Assembly: GCA_030018415.1 (NCBI GenBank) | Contig: JASEGC010000004.1 | Location: 10,470-74,469 of the forward strand | Length of the DNA: 64,000 nt | Source: Candidatus Aenigmatarchaeota archaeon | GTDB lineage: Archaea > Aenigmatarchaeota > Aenigmatarchaeia > CG10238-14 | Reading direction: 5' to 3' | Part shown: piece by piece, positions 45,320 to 55,827 of the stretch | How positions within the stretch are numbered: position 1 is the first letter of the stretch | How the letters are laid out: every line of letters begins with the position of its first letter | Position numbers and translations under genes: made by a program | Notes under the pieces: generated by a model | Databases searched by the model: none | Told to the model about the DNA's origin: nothing | The model's input: only the letters and a program-made list of their open reading frames with translations

Positions 45320-45664
45320 ATGGCCAACTATGGAAGCTGGGCTTTCATAATAGGAGTAATACTAGCGATAATCTTAGGACTATTCGGACAAGTCATGGTA
45401 GGCTACAAGGGTTACATAACAGCGATCTTAGTGATAATCGGGTTGATCGTGGGGTTCGCTAACATTACGGAAAAAGAGGCAACAAATTTCCTCATAGCCG
45501 CTATTGCACTTTTGGCAACCAATACAGTAACTCAATGGACAAGCTTGTTGGTGGTAGGCGACTACATAGCAGGAATCCTAGGTGGTATTGGAACTTTTGT
45601 CGCACCGGCAGCAGTCTTAGTAGCTTTGAAAGCCATATACGACTTAGCTTACAAGAAAAAGTAG
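45320..45664 (+). CDS. Small membrane protein (hypothetical)
   Basis: 114 aa with 3-4 TM segments. Confidence 0.45.
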   Translation: MANYGSWAFIIGVILAIILGLFGQVMVGYKGYITAILVIIGLIVGFANITEKEATNFLIAAIALLATNTVTQWTSLLVVGDYIAGILGGIGTFVAPAAVLVALKAIYDLAYKKK

Positions 45665-45709
45665 GATTAAATTGTTCGCTTTCTTTTCTTCTTTCTTTTT
45701 TTAGACTGA

Positions 45710-46987
45710 TTATTCTACAGTATAGATCTTATCATCTTTAGGAGCCAAAGCATCAAAACCGTGTTCTTCTCTCAATTCTTGTGCAAACCTTTGAGTGTTG
45801 TCTCCATGTACGCAGAAGACTTTGTCTGGGTTCGTTCTCTTCACAAAATTGAACAGCTCTGTTCTTGATGCATGAGAGCTAAAATCGAACTTCCTGACAG
45901 ACATCTTCAGTTCTAAATCCAGATCTTCATGAATGTACCTTCCTGTCTCCAAAAGAGTTGCTCCCTCTGTGCCAGGAACTTGAAAACCAGTTAAAATCAG
46001 GGTGCATTCCTCCCTATCGAACATTTTCTCTATGTAATGGGTAACAGGACCTCCAGTCAACATCCCACTAGTTGTAACGATAGCACAAGGTTTTTTAATG
46101 ATTTTTTTCCTCATCGCGGAATTGGTTATCGACTTTACCTCAAGTCTTACCAATGCCTTTTTCACACTGTTGTACTCTCTCTGTAACTCTGGGTAGGAGT
46201 TTATTATGTTCGTTGCTTTCTTACCCATACCGTCCAAGTAGATCGGACAACCCAACTCATACTCATCCAAAGTTAGGATAATCTCTTGCGTTCTAGCGAT
46301 AGCAAAGCAAGAAATCAAAGCTACGCCATTGTTTGCCAAAGTTTCTTCTACGGCTTCAACCATCTTTCTCTCTTCTTTTAGGCGATCAGGATGTTCTCTA
46401 TCGGAATAGGTACTCTCTGTTATCAGAACATCAACTTCTGGTATGTCTTTATCTGCTCCTGAGATAAGCCTGGTGTCAGACAGCCTAAAATCACCTGTAT
46501 AAAGTATCCTCTTGTTCCCAGTCTCCAGCAGGATCATACCAGAACCAGGGATGTGACCAGCATCTAAAAAGGTTACTCTCACCCTACCAATCTTAAAAGG
46601 TTTTTTGTACTCGACAGCTTTAAAGTGTCTAACAGCAATATTTATATCCCTTTTCTGATATCTCTCTGGCTCTTCTTCATGTCTCGAGATTTTGTAAGAA
46701 TCGATTAAGAGCATTTTAGACAGAGGACGGGTTATGTCTAACGCATAGACAGGACAGGGTTGATGTTGATGGTATAGCATAGGAATTGCACCACAATGGT
46801 CTAGATGAGAGTGAGAAAGTAGGATTGCATCCAGTTTTGTTTTAACTTCTTTCGGATATTCCGTCGGCTTGACGTTTATTTTGACGCCATAATCCAACAA
46901 CAACCTTTCTGAGTCAGTATCGAGAAGAACAGCAGATCTTCCCACCTCCCTTGTGGCTCCTAAAAAAGATAATCGCATCTCTCGCAC
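45710..46987 (-). CDS. Metallo-beta-lactamase/beta-CASP ribonuclease (aCPSF2-like, no KH domains)
   Basis: MBL motif LSHSHLDHCG; downstream beta-CASP region with conserved D/H (ESTYSD, FSSHA, VHGD). Confidence 0.85.
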   Translation of the reverse strand: MREMRLSFLGATREVGRSAVLLDTDSERLLLDYGVKINVKPTEYPKEVKTKLDAILLSHSHLDHCGAIPMLYHQHQPCPVYALDITRPLSKMLLIDSYKISRHEEEPERYQKRDINIAVRHFKAVEYKKPFKIGRVRVTFLDAGHIPGSGMILLETGNKRILYTGDFRLSDTRLISGADKDIPEVDVLITESTYSDREHPDRLKEERKMVEAVEETLANNGVALISCFAIARTQEIILTLDEYELGCPIYLDGMGKKATNIINSYPELQREYNSVKKALVRLEVKSITNSAMRKKIIKKPCAIVTTSGMLTGGPVTHYIEKMFDREECTLILTGFQVPGTEGATLLETGRYIHEDLDLELKMSVRKFDFSSHASRTELFNFVKRTNPDKVFCVHGDNTQRFAQELREEHGFDALAPKDDKIYTVE

Positions 46988-47000
46988 ATCCTAATATTAT

Positions 47001-47693
47001 TTGTTTATGAGAACTTACACTCTTATTCTTTTTTTTCTTTTTGATAATTATTTATGGAGAAAATCAAAAATTATATCAGGGGAAAAAGTGAAAACTTGGT
47101 TTCGTGTTGCTGTCAGTCTTTGTGTGATCTTTGGGGCGTTGGGACTACTATTTTTGTTTAAGACTTTACAGATCCCAACAGATGCAACCGGAGAGTTTAT
47201 ATTGATAACGGGAGCGGGCACTTTAATAATCGGAGGAATTCTGTTACTTATTCTCACTTCATTGAGTGTTATGTCTGCTCGAATAGCAGTTGAGAAAGAA
47301 AAACCCATAGAAGGAATGATAAAAAGTATCGAAAGTAAACTTTTACATGACATTTACAACATGGAACCTGAAAACATAGAAGGAAAATTTGCATGGAATA
47401 TCGGAGCATATGCTGTGTATCTAAGGAGTCAAAAGGTGAAAAATTTATCAGTTTATAAGGCTTTTGTATCTGCGATTAAAAACGTTGCTCAGCGCTTAAA
47501 AGATTATCTGATGAAAAATACCCCAAAACTAGAGATTTATACTTTGGACGATTTATCAAGTAGTGAACCCAAGACGATTAGTTTAATTGACAGATTTTAT
47601 AAGTTATATTTAGCCATTCAACAGGCAGGTAAATATAGGCGTGGATACAAACCAGAGTTTATACCAAGACGATACTTAAAAAGTGTTCTCTAG
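47001..47693 (+). CDS. Membrane protein (hypothetical)
   Basis: N-terminal TM segments then a soluble C-terminal half. The start is uncertain. Confidence 0.4.
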   Translation: MFMRTYTLILFFLFDNYLWRKSKIISGEKVKTWFRVAVSLCVIFGALGLLFLFKTLQIPTDATGEFILITGAGTLIIGGILLLILTSLSVMSARIAVEKEKPIEGMIKSIESKLLHDIYNMEPENIEGKFAWNIGAYAVYLRSQKVKNLSVYKAFVSAIKNVAQRLKDYLMKNTPKLEIYTLDDLSSSEPKTISLIDRFYKLYLAIQQAGKYRRGYKPEFIPRRYLKSVL

Positions 47694-47729
47694 AAGAATA
47701 TTACCTTTTTATTCCTTCTTCATCTAAAA

Positions 47730-49061
47730 TTGATTATGAACTCTTTAATGAAAGGCGCTAGAATGGCGGTTAAAGAATACATGAACATTAAACCAAAAGA
47801 AAGCGTAATCATCATAACTGACAATAAAATGCCAAGAGAGCTCTCTGATGCCTTGTTCAAAGCAGTAAAAGAATTAGGAGCTAGCTGCACATTAAAATTG
47901 ATGGAGCCTTTAAAAAGAAATGGGCAAGAACCTCCTGAAGAAATAGCGGAATTGATGAAGAAGCCAGATGCGTTATTCTTACTTACGTATAAATCCTTAT
48001 CCCATACTAAAGCGAGGAGAGATGCTTCTAAGGCTGGTGTGAGGATTGCTTCGATGCCTGGTGTGACAGAATTTTCCTTCACGGAAGGAGGATTAACTGC
48101 GAATTGTAGGACAGTGAAAGAGTTAACGGAGAAAATGTATGAAAAGGTACAAAATTCTAAGACTGTTAGAATAACTTCTGAGAATGGAACTGATTTTACT
48201 GCTGGTGTGGAAGGAAGAGAATGGAAAAAAGACGATGGGATAATTCATGAAAAAGGAAAGTTTGGTAACCTTCCGGCTGGAGAGATTTGTGTTGCTCCTG
48301 TAGAGGGAACTTCTAGCGGAGTAATAATCATTGATAGGATGGCTGATTATGGGAATCGGGTAAAATACACAGTAAAAGATGGTTTTGCAAGAAAAATTGA
48401 AGGGTCTGAATTGCTCGAGAAAGAAGTTGATAGATTAGGATTGAAAGCAAGGAATATCGCTGAAATAGGTATTGGCACTAACCCTAATGCAAAGATCATT
48501 GGTAATGTTCTGGAGGATGAAAAAGTATTTGGAACAATCCATGTCGCACTTGGCGATAACTTATCTTTTGCTGGAAACATAAATGTGCCTCTGCATGTCG
48601 ATGGAATAATATTAAACCCGACGCTAGAAGTGGATGGGAAGATTCTTATCAAAGATGGAAAATGGGTTTTCTTAGAGGAAGACGAGCCTGAAAGAGAAAA
48701 TCCTGATAAAGCTAGAGTAGAAATTTCAGAAATCTTGAATTCTCAAGTAGATGCTCCTGGTAAAGTTGAATCACACTCTTTATTCGGGTACGAACCTCAA
48801 GAAACTAAGAAAAATCCATATGAACCTTACATCGTGAGAGAGCCTCTAGAATCGCATTATTTTGATCCTTGGATAGGCGGTTGGACTAGGTTGAACAACA
48901 GATTTGTCATCAATCCTCAATTGTATGGTTATTGGATAAAGATCGTGGAGATACATGAAAAAATTCATAATATCTACAAGACTGGTGACGAGGCTTTTGT
49001 CGAGAGAGTAACTTGGCATTATTTCAGAAACGGTTATCTAAACTTGAGTAGTTATTCTTAG
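47730..49061 (+). CDS. M29-family aminopeptidase (AmpS/aminopeptidase T-like) with a ~110-aa C-terminal extension carrying HExxH
   Basis: M29-like pattern throughout the first ~330 aa (...GNLPAGEICVAP...EIGIGTNP...HVALG...). The extension contains IVEIHEKIHNIYK. Confidence 0.7.
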   Translation: MIMNSLMKGARMAVKEYMNIKPKESVIIITDNKMPRELSDALFKAVKELGASCTLKLMEPLKRNGQEPPEEIAELMKKPDALFLLTYKSLSHTKARRDASKAGVRIASMPGVTEFSFTEGGLTANCRTVKELTEKMYEKVQNSKTVRITSENGTDFTAGVEGREWKKDDGIIHEKGKFGNLPAGEICVAPVEGTSSGVIIIDRMADYGNRVKYTVKDGFARKIEGSELLEKEVDRLGLKARNIAEIGIGTNPNAKIIGNVLEDEKVFGTIHVALGDNLSFAGNINVPLHVDGIILNPTLEVDGKILIKDGKWVFLEEDEPERENPDKARVEISEILNSQVDAPGKVESHSLFGYEPQETKKNPYEPYIVREPLESHYFDPWIGGWTRLNNRFVINPQLYGYWIKIVEIHEKIHNIYKTGDEAFVERVTWHYFRNGYLNLSSYS

Positions 49062-49267
49062 AGTGGTTTTAAAGTTTTATTAAAAATATTAATCTTTCTT
49101 CTAATTCATGATATACCAATTTTGTTAAAGAAGATTTTTGGATCCTGGATAGGCATCTTATATTCCAGCTCTCTAATGATGGATCGGAGGTCCATTTTGA
49201 ACGCTAGACTATTTTTGATGAAAAATATATAACTCTCATTCCTAAATTTTAAAAATAGGTCAGCCTT

Positions 49268-49984
49268 ATGTTAATAGCAGCAGTAAGTGACATTCATTCT
49301 CCTCGATTCTTTGATCAGTATGTAAAGGCAGTTGAGGACTTGCAAGAAAAGCCAGATCTGTTCCTCTTGTCGGGAGATATAATCTATCATGGAAGAGTTG
49401 AAGAATACCAAAAAGCCTACAATGTCTTGTTCGGTAAGATAACTTGTCCAATAATAGCTTGTTTCGGCAATGAGGAGCATGGACAGGAAACAAAGATGCT
49501 GATAGAGAATCAAAATCCCGACATAAAATTCTTGGATGATGAGAGTTTAGTCCTTGAAATTGGTAGCAAATCTGTTGGTATTGTCGGTAGTATTGGAAGC
49601 TTGGATAGGCCAACTTTCTGGCAGAGAAACAACATTCCTGGAATCTACGAAATTTACAAGAATAGAGTTGAAACAGTGGAAAAATTGTTGGCAGATTTAA
49701 AGACAGATATGAAAATTCTGTTGATTCATTATGCTCCAACTTATAAGATAATGGAAGGAGAAAACCCACAGGCATATCCAGAATTAGGCTCTAGAGCTTA
49801 TGAGAGAGTTATCATCGAACAGAAACCTAACCTAGTCATAACTGGACATTCTCACAAAGGAAGGAAAGAGGCTTGGGTAGATACTGTTCCTGTGTTTAAC
49901 GTGGCTTTTCCGTTGAACAGACAGATTGTTGTTATAGATACTGAGAAAGACTTGAAGCCTGGTTTAGAGAAGTTTCTAGAATAG
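49268..49984 (+). CDS. Calcineurin-like metallophosphoesterase
   Basis: Motifs AAVSDIHSP, LSGDI, GNEEH and TGHSH. Confidence 0.8.
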   Translation: MLIAAVSDIHSPRFFDQYVKAVEDLQEKPDLFLLSGDIIYHGRVEEYQKAYNVLFGKITCPIIACFGNEEHGQETKMLIENQNPDIKFLDDESLVLEIGSKSVGIVGSIGSLDRPTFWQRNNIPGIYEIYKNRVETVEKLLADLKTDMKILLIHYAPTYKIMEGENPQAYPELGSRAYERVIIEQKPNLVITGHSHKGRKEAWVDTVPVFNVAFPLNRQIVVIDTEKDLKPGLEKFLE

Positions 49985-50023
49985 TTTAAATCTTTAACTT
50001 TCGAACTATTCTATCTGATAAAA

Positions 50024-50452
50024 ATGCAGTCAGTGTCTTCAGATCCTGTAGGATACAGAATGAGAGTGTACACTATTTTAGATGGAATCGATATTGTAAT
50101 AGAGGTATGGCGTAAACTTGTACGTGAGGGTTCTTCTTCTCCCTATTATGTGGGAAGATGTCCAGTCATGCCAGGAGGACCTCCTTGGTATCCTGCTGTT
50201 TTCAAATTAACTGATAACTATAAAGAATCAAATCGAAATTTTTCGAATAAATTTATGGCGATACTTCATCAGGAAGGCTTGCCTTGTAAAAAAGTAGGGA
50301 TAGACATTTTACTACATAATTTACGAATGGATCATAAATATCTCCCCATGAAACCTTGGGATAACGAGAAAGAAGGAAATCAAAAACTCGACGAATTTGC
50401 TGATAAATTAGCACAAATGCTTATTTCTAATGAAGAATTGTCCGTGGATTAA
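50024..50452 (+). CDS. Hypothetical protein
   Basis: 142-aa ORF; no motif recognised. Confidence 0.4.
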   Translation: MQSVSSDPVGYRMRVYTILDGIDIVIEVWRKLVREGSSSPYYVGRCPVMPGGPPWYPAVFKLTDNYKESNRNFSNKFMAILHQEGLPCKKVGIDILLHNLRMDHKYLPMKPWDNEKEGNQKLDEFADKLAQMLISNEELSVD

Positions 50453-50588
50453 TAAGGAAAGTGTACCATGATTGTTTTATACCTCGTGAAGAGACGACTC
50501 TTCATTTATAATTACAAGTATCATACATGTAGAACAAGTTCATATTTTTAAGTCTTAATTTCCTATTCTATTAATTGTTTAAGGTGGT

Positions 50589-52925
50589 TTGGTGAAGTTT
50601 AAACCAAAGATCAAGGAAAAGAGATGGAATCCCGAACTAGAAAAGAAGATAAGAAATATGTGGGATAAAGAAAAAATTTACGCTTTCAACAGAAACACTA
50701 AGAAAAAAATCTTCTCGATCGATACCCCACCCCCATACGTCTCGGGAAGGCCTTGGCATATAGGTGCAGCAGCACACTATTCTCAAATAGATATGGTGGC
50801 AAGAACAGCGAGAATGATGGGTTTTGAAGTCTTTTTCCCCATAGGTATAGACAGGAACGGATTGCCAGTTGAATTGTACACAGAGAGGAAGTATAGAATC
50901 AGTTTGCATGAGACTCCAAGAGAAAAATTCATGGAATTGTGTACTTATGCTCTCGATGATTTAGAGGCAGAGATGATACAGATAATGGAAATGATGGGAA
51001 TGAGTGGTGATTTTGATGATTATTACAGAACAGATTCAGAAGAATACAGAGCATTGACACAAGCGACCTTTATCGAATTATGGAATATGAGCTTGATTTA
51101 TGAGGCAACTAGACCGAACAATTATTGCATAGATTGTGGGACGACGATAGCAGATGCTGAAATCGAATATAAAGAATTACCGAGTGAATTAATCTACATC
51201 AAATTCAAACACAAAGAAACTGGTGAGAATTTAATTATTGCAACAACAAGACCTGAACTACTTTGTTCTTGTGCTTGTGTTCTATTTAACCCAGACGACA
51301 AAAGATATAAACACCTTGAGGGCAGCCATACAATCATCCCTTTTTATGACTTGGAAGTTCCTATTCTTCCCCATCCCTACGCAAAAGAAGAGTTTGGAAC
51401 TGGTTTAATGATGGTCTGCTCTTATGGAGATTATTCCGATGTCAGATTGTTCAGGGAGTTAAAGTTGAAGGAGATTATCGCAATAACCCCAGACGGTAAG
51501 ATGGGTAGGAATGCAGGTAAGTATGCTGGACTATCAATCGAAGAAGCTAGAAAAAGAATAATCAAAGATTTAGAAAAAGTGGGGTTAATAGAGAAAAGAG
51601 AAAAAACAATGCATAGAACTCCGATTTGTCCTAGGAGTGAGACCCCGATAGAGATCGTCCCGATGAAAGAATACTACTTAAAACAACTCGATTTTATCGA
51701 TGACTTAAAGAATATTGCAAAGAAGATGAAATTCTTCCCTGAAAGGCATAGGCAGATTCTACTCGACTGGATTAATTCTTTGAGCATCGACTGGCCGATA
51801 TCTAGAAGAAGATATTATGGGACAGAGATACCGATTTGGTATTGCAAGAACTGTGGGAAGGCTTGTTTACCTAAGCCTGGAAAATACTATCGGTCTTGGA
51901 AAGAAAATTCACCATTCAAACGATGTTCTCACTGTAACTCTGATAAAGGTTTTGAGGGAGAAGAAAGAACATTCGATACTTGGATGGATTCCAGCATTTC
52001 GCCTCTATTCATCTCAAAATATAAGGAAGACGATGATTTCTTCAATAAGACCTTTCCGTCTAGCATAAGACCCCAAGCCAAGGATATAATCAGAACTTGG
52101 TTGCATTACACTATCCTAAGATGTTATCAGCTGACGAAGAAGCCGGCATTTGAAAGAGTATGGATTATGGGCTATGGAGTTGATGAGAAAGGAGAGAGGA
52201 TGAGTAAGTCGAAAGGAAATGTTGTTGATCCTTTACCAATTCTAGAGAAATACGGCGGTGATATATTTAGATTCTGGAATGCTGCTGAAGCCAGTTTAGG
52301 CTCAGACTTCAGGTATTCCGATGATCGAATAAAGGGTTCAGCGAAATTCTTGACTAAACTTTGGAATATTTCTCGATTTATTTCGATGTTCCCAGAACCA
52401 AAAAAGGCAGAATTAACAGCAACAGACAAGTGGGTACTCTCAGAACTTAACGAATTGATTAAAGAATGCATGAAAGGTTACGATAATTTTGATTTCTTCA
52501 TTCCTTCGAATGCAATAAGGGACTTCACTTGGAATCTGTTTGCTTCACATTACATAGAAATGATAAAATCGAGGGCATATGGAGAAGGTTTCAGTGAAAA
52601 AGAACAGAAGGCTGCTTGGTATACTCTACATCTTGTTTTAAAGAATTTACTCAGGTTATTTGCGCCTATCGCTCCCTACATTACAGACTATGTTTGGAGA
52701 GAGTTATATGGAAAGAAGAGCATACACTTAGAGCTATTGCCTAAGTCTGAGTGGGGATTTGGACTAGAAAAGTTGACAGGGCAGATAACAGAATTCAACA
52801 TGAAGATTTGGAAAATGAAGAAGGATAGAGGGTTAAGCTTAAAGGCTGAGATTGAAATTAAAATACCGAAAGAATTGAGACAATTCGAGAGGGATCTAGT
52901 GAAGATGCATAATATTAGGACTTAA
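50589..52925 (+). CDS. valS: Valyl-tRNA synthetase (compact, 778 aa)
   Basis: Motifs PPPYVSG..HIGA, editing-domain TTRPELL and GTGLMMVCSYGD, and KMSKS-type ERMSKSKGN. The fourth residue of the HIGH motif is Ala. Confidence 0.85.
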   Translation: MVKFKPKIKEKRWNPELEKKIRNMWDKEKIYAFNRNTKKKIFSIDTPPPYVSGRPWHIGAAAHYSQIDMVARTARMMGFEVFFPIGIDRNGLPVELYTERKYRISLHETPREKFMELCTYALDDLEAEMIQIMEMMGMSGDFDDYYRTDSEEYRALTQATFIELWNMSLIYEATRPNNYCIDCGTTIADAEIEYKELPSELIYIKFKHKETGENLIIATTRPELLCSCACVLFNPDDKRYKHLEGSHTIIPFYDLEVPILPHPYAKEEFGTGLMMVCSYGDYSDVRLFRELKLKEIIAITPDGKMGRNAGKYAGLSIEEARKRIIKDLEKVGLIEKREKTMHRTPICPRSETPIEIVPMKEYYLKQLDFIDDLKNIAKKMKFFPERHRQILLDWINSLSIDWPISRRRYYGTEIPIWYCKNCGKACLPKPGKYYRSWKENSPFKRCSHCNSDKGFEGEERTFDTWMDSSISPLFISKYKEDDDFFNKTFPSSIRPQAKDIIRTWLHYTILRCYQLTKKPAFERVWIMGYGVDEKGERMSKSKGNVVDPLPILEKYGGDIFRFWNAAEASLGSDFRYSDDRIKGSAKFLTKLWNISRFISMFPEPKKAELTATDKWVLSELNELIKECMKGYDNFDFFIPSNAIRDFTWNLFASHYIEMIKSRAYGEGFSEKEQKAAWYTLHLVLKNLLRLFAPIAPYITDYVWRELYGKKSIHLELLPKSEWGFGLEKLTGQITEFNMKIWKMKKDRGLSLKAEIEIKIPKELRQFERDLVKMHNIRT

Positions 52926-53202
52926 ACATCAATAATTGATAGATTTCAAGATAATTTGGGCGAAACTTTATAATTTTCCCCTCCATAGTTTGTAGGATGT
53001 ATGATCAAAAAGACGACGGATTTGGGAAAAGAAGTGGTAAATTGGGTATAATTGCGGATATTTTAGAAGTAGCATAGAGCAAGAAAAACTTATTTTATGG
53101 ATTTTGCTTGGTAATTCATGAAAATTTTTGAGATGATTAAAAAATCATTATTTTTCCTTAAATATAAAAACATTTAAAACTGTAACTTTATAGTGAAAAA
53201 GT

Positions 53203-54234
53203 ATGATTGGTATTGTGGGATATGGTGGATACATCCCGAGGTTCAGGATTAAAGTAGAAGAAATAGCATCTGTCTGGAATGCTGATGCTAAGGCTATTAA
53301 GAGTGGCCTGAACATAGAAGAAAAATCTGTTCCTTCGATGGATGAGGACACAGCGACGATAGCAGTAGAAGCTGCTTTAAACGCCTTAAAAATGGCTGAG
53401 ATTGATCCTAAAGAAATTGGCGCGATATACGTGGGTTCAGAATCACACCCTTACGCGGTCAAACCGACAGCCACGATAGTCGGGGAGGCGATAGGATGCG
53501 GGGCAGAATTCACTGCTGCAGACACAGAATTCGCCTGTAAAGCTGGAACAGCAGGGATACAGATGGTTATGGGACTGATAGAAGGTGGTTACATTAAGTT
53601 TGGTCTAGCGATAGGATCTGACACGGCTCAAAGCAAGCCTGGTGATGCTTTAGAATACACGGCATCAGCAGGTGGAGCAGCGTTCATACTCGGTAAGAAT
53701 AACGTAATAGGTGAGATAGAAGGAACCTTCTCTTTTTCGAGTGATACACCAGATTTCTGGAGAAGGGATGGGATTGAATACCCAAGCCATGGCGGTCGTT
53801 TCACTGGGATTCCTGCATATTTCAAGCACGTTGTTTCCGCAACACAAGGCTTGATGAAAAAACTCGGTTTAAAATCATCTGACTTTGATCATGTTGTTTT
53901 TCACATGCCCAACGGTAAGTTCCCGATAAATGCTGCGAAGATGTTGGGTTTTGACCTAGAAAAGTTGAAAGCAGGTTTTGTTGTTTCAAAGATAGGTAAC
54001 ACTTATTCTGCTTCATCCTTGCTTGGTTTAGCCGCGATTCTTGACGTCGCAAAGCCAGGTCAGAGGATACTGATCACATCCTACGGTTCTGGGGCTGGCA
54101 GTGATGCATTCAGCATAAAAGTCACTGATTTGGTGGAAGAAAAACGAAAAAAAACCAAGAAGATTCAGGATTACATCGACGATAAAGAATACGTCACTTA
54201 TGCCCATTACACGAGGTTGAGGAGAGGTATATGA
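53203..54234 (+). CDS. Hydroxymethylglutaryl-CoA synthase (archaeal type)
   Basis: [12 protein letters not shown]..., catalytic Cys context TEFACKAG, and a 4-nt overlap with the thiolase gene. Confidence 0.9.
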   Translation: MIGIVGYGGYIPRFRIKVEEIASVWNADAKAIKSGLNIEEKSVPSMDEDTATIAVEAALNALKMAEIDPKEIGAIYVGSESHPYAVKPTATIVGEAIGCGAEFTAADTEFACKAGTAGIQMVMGLIEGGYIKFGLAIGSDTAQSKPGDALEYTASAGGAAFILGKNNVIGEIEGTFSFSSDTPDFWRRDGIEYPSHGGRFTGIPAYFKHVVSATQGLMKKLGLKSSDFDHVVFHMPNGKFPINAAKMLGFDLEKLKAGFVVSKIGNTYSASSLLGLAAILDVAKPGQRILITSYGSGAGSDAFSIKVTDLVEEKRKKTKKIQDYIDDKEYVTYAHYTRLRRGI

Positions 54235-55382
54235 AGGTTGCTGTCATAGGCATCGGTGTAACCAAATTCGGGGAACATTGGGACAAGAACTTGAGAGAAC
54301 TGGCGATAGAGGCTGGAGCAAAGGCAATAATGGATGCAAATATCAGGGGTAGTGACATAGATGCCATCTATCTAGGCAACATGTCCGCTGGAAGGTTTGT
54401 GGGACAGGAGCATGTCGCAGCCTTAGTTTCAGGAGAATTAGGTCTGTCCATTCCTGCTGTGAGAGTTGAAGGTGCTTGTGCTTCTGGTGGTATTGCCCTA
54501 AGAGAGGGTATTTTTTCCATATTGTCTGGCCAGAATGATATAGTCCTAGTAGGTGGGGCTGAGAAGATGACTGATTTGATGACTGATGGTGTCACAACTG
54601 CCTTAATGGGAGCGGCCGATCAGGAATGGGAGGCTTACTATGGCCTAACATTCCCAAGCCTGTATGCGATGATTGCAAGAAGGCACATGTTCGAATTCGG
54701 GACGACAAGAGAACAGATGGCTAAGGTTGCCGTGAAAAACCATCATAACGGTTCTCTTAATCCTATAGCTCAGTTCAACAAAGAGATAACTGTTGAAGAA
54801 GTCTTGAACTCAACCATGGTCGCTGATCCTTTAACACTCTTGGATTGTTCTCCGATAACTGACGGTGCAGCTGCTTTAATACTTTGCAAGGCTGAATTGG
54901 CGAAGAAGTATACTGATGATCCTGTGTATATAATAGGTTCTGGTCAGGCATCTGATACTCTTGCCCTGCATGACAGACGTTCTTTAACGACGTTAGACGC
55001 GACCGTGAAAGCAGCTCGAGAAGCTTATAAACAGGCTGGGATTACTGTTAAAGATATAGATGTGGCTGAAGTCCATGATTGTTTTACTATAGCTGAGATA
55101 GTGGCAACAGAGGATTTAGGTTTTTGTAAGAAGGGTGAAGGTGGTAAGCTAATAGATGAAGGAGCAACAGAATTGAACGGAAGGATACCGATAAACACTT
55201 CTGGAGGCTTGAAAGCTGTAGGACATCCTGTCGGTGCGACTGGTATCAAACAAGCCGTAGAAATTGTTTTGCAATTAAGAGGACAGGCTGAAAAAAGACA
55301 AGTTAAGGATGCTAACATCGGGTTAACGCACAACGTTGGAGGTTCTGGAGCAACTGCTGTAGTCCACATATTCTCAAGGTGA
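54231..55382 (+). CDS. Acetyl-CoA acetyltransferase (thiolase)
   Basis: VEGACASGG (active-site Cys), C-terminal [10 protein letters not shown], 383 aa. Confidence 0.9.
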   Translation: MKVAVIGIGVTKFGEHWDKNLRELAIEAGAKAIMDANIRGSDIDAIYLGNMSAGRFVGQEHVAALVSGELGLSIPAVRVEGACASGGIALREGIFSILSGQNDIVLVGGAEKMTDLMTDGVTTALMGAADQEWEAYYGLTFPSLYAMIARRHMFEFGTTREQMAKVAVKNHHNGSLNPIAQFNKEITVEEVLNSTMVADPLTLLDCSPITDGAAALILCKAELAKKYTDDPVYIIGSGQASDTLALHDRRSLTTLDATVKAAREAYKQAGITVKDIDVAEVHDCFTIAEIVATEDLGFCKKGEGGKLIDEGATELNGRIPINTSGGLKAVGHPVGATGIKQAVEIVLQLRGQAEKRQVKDANIGLTHNVGGSGATAVVHIFSR

Positions 55383-55386
55383 GATT

Positions 55387-55791
55387 ATGGGTCATGAATC
55401 TAGCGTTCCGTTGTTCTGGCGTTTGATTAAACCAAGGTATCAACTCATAGGAACTAAATGTACAAGTTGTGGTAATGTGTTCTATCCACCCAAATTTTTA
55501 TGTCCTGTCTGCAGAAAAGAAGGAAAGTTGGAAGAAATAAAGTTGAGGAAGACGGGAAAGATATTGACCTTTTCCATTATTCGTTCTGCCCCAGCGGGTT
55601 TTGAGAAAGAGACACCTTATCCTGTTGCGATAATAGAGTTGGATGATGGACCTAAGTTAACATCGCAAATAGTTGACTACAAAGAAGAAGATTTGAAGAT
55701 TGGAAGAAGGGTTGAGGCGTGCTTCAGAAGGATTTACACTGACGGGAAAGAAGGAATTATCAACTATGGTTTGAAGTTCAGGCCTGCATAA
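55387..55791 (+). CDS. DUF35 OB-fold/zinc-ribbon protein, partner of thiolase and HMG-CoA synthase
   Basis: The zinc ribbon is CTSCGNVFYPPKFLCPVC, followed by an OB-fold region. This is the canonical third gene of the archaeal trio. Confidence 0.85.
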   Translation: MGHESSVPLFWRLIKPRYQLIGTKCTSCGNVFYPPKFLCPVCRKEGKLEEIKLRKTGKILTFSIIRSAPAGFEKETPYPVAIIELDDGPKLTSQIVDYKEEDLKIGRRVEACFRRIYTDGKEGIINYGLKFRPA

Positions 55792-55827
55792 ATAACCTTA
55801 AAACTTTTATGTTCGATATAACGATCG

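Noticed and set aside
49266-49775. 169-aa minus-strand ORF opposite the metallophosphoesterase gene
   Set aside because: The plus-strand ORF carries all the phosphoesterase motifs, while the antisense ORF has none.
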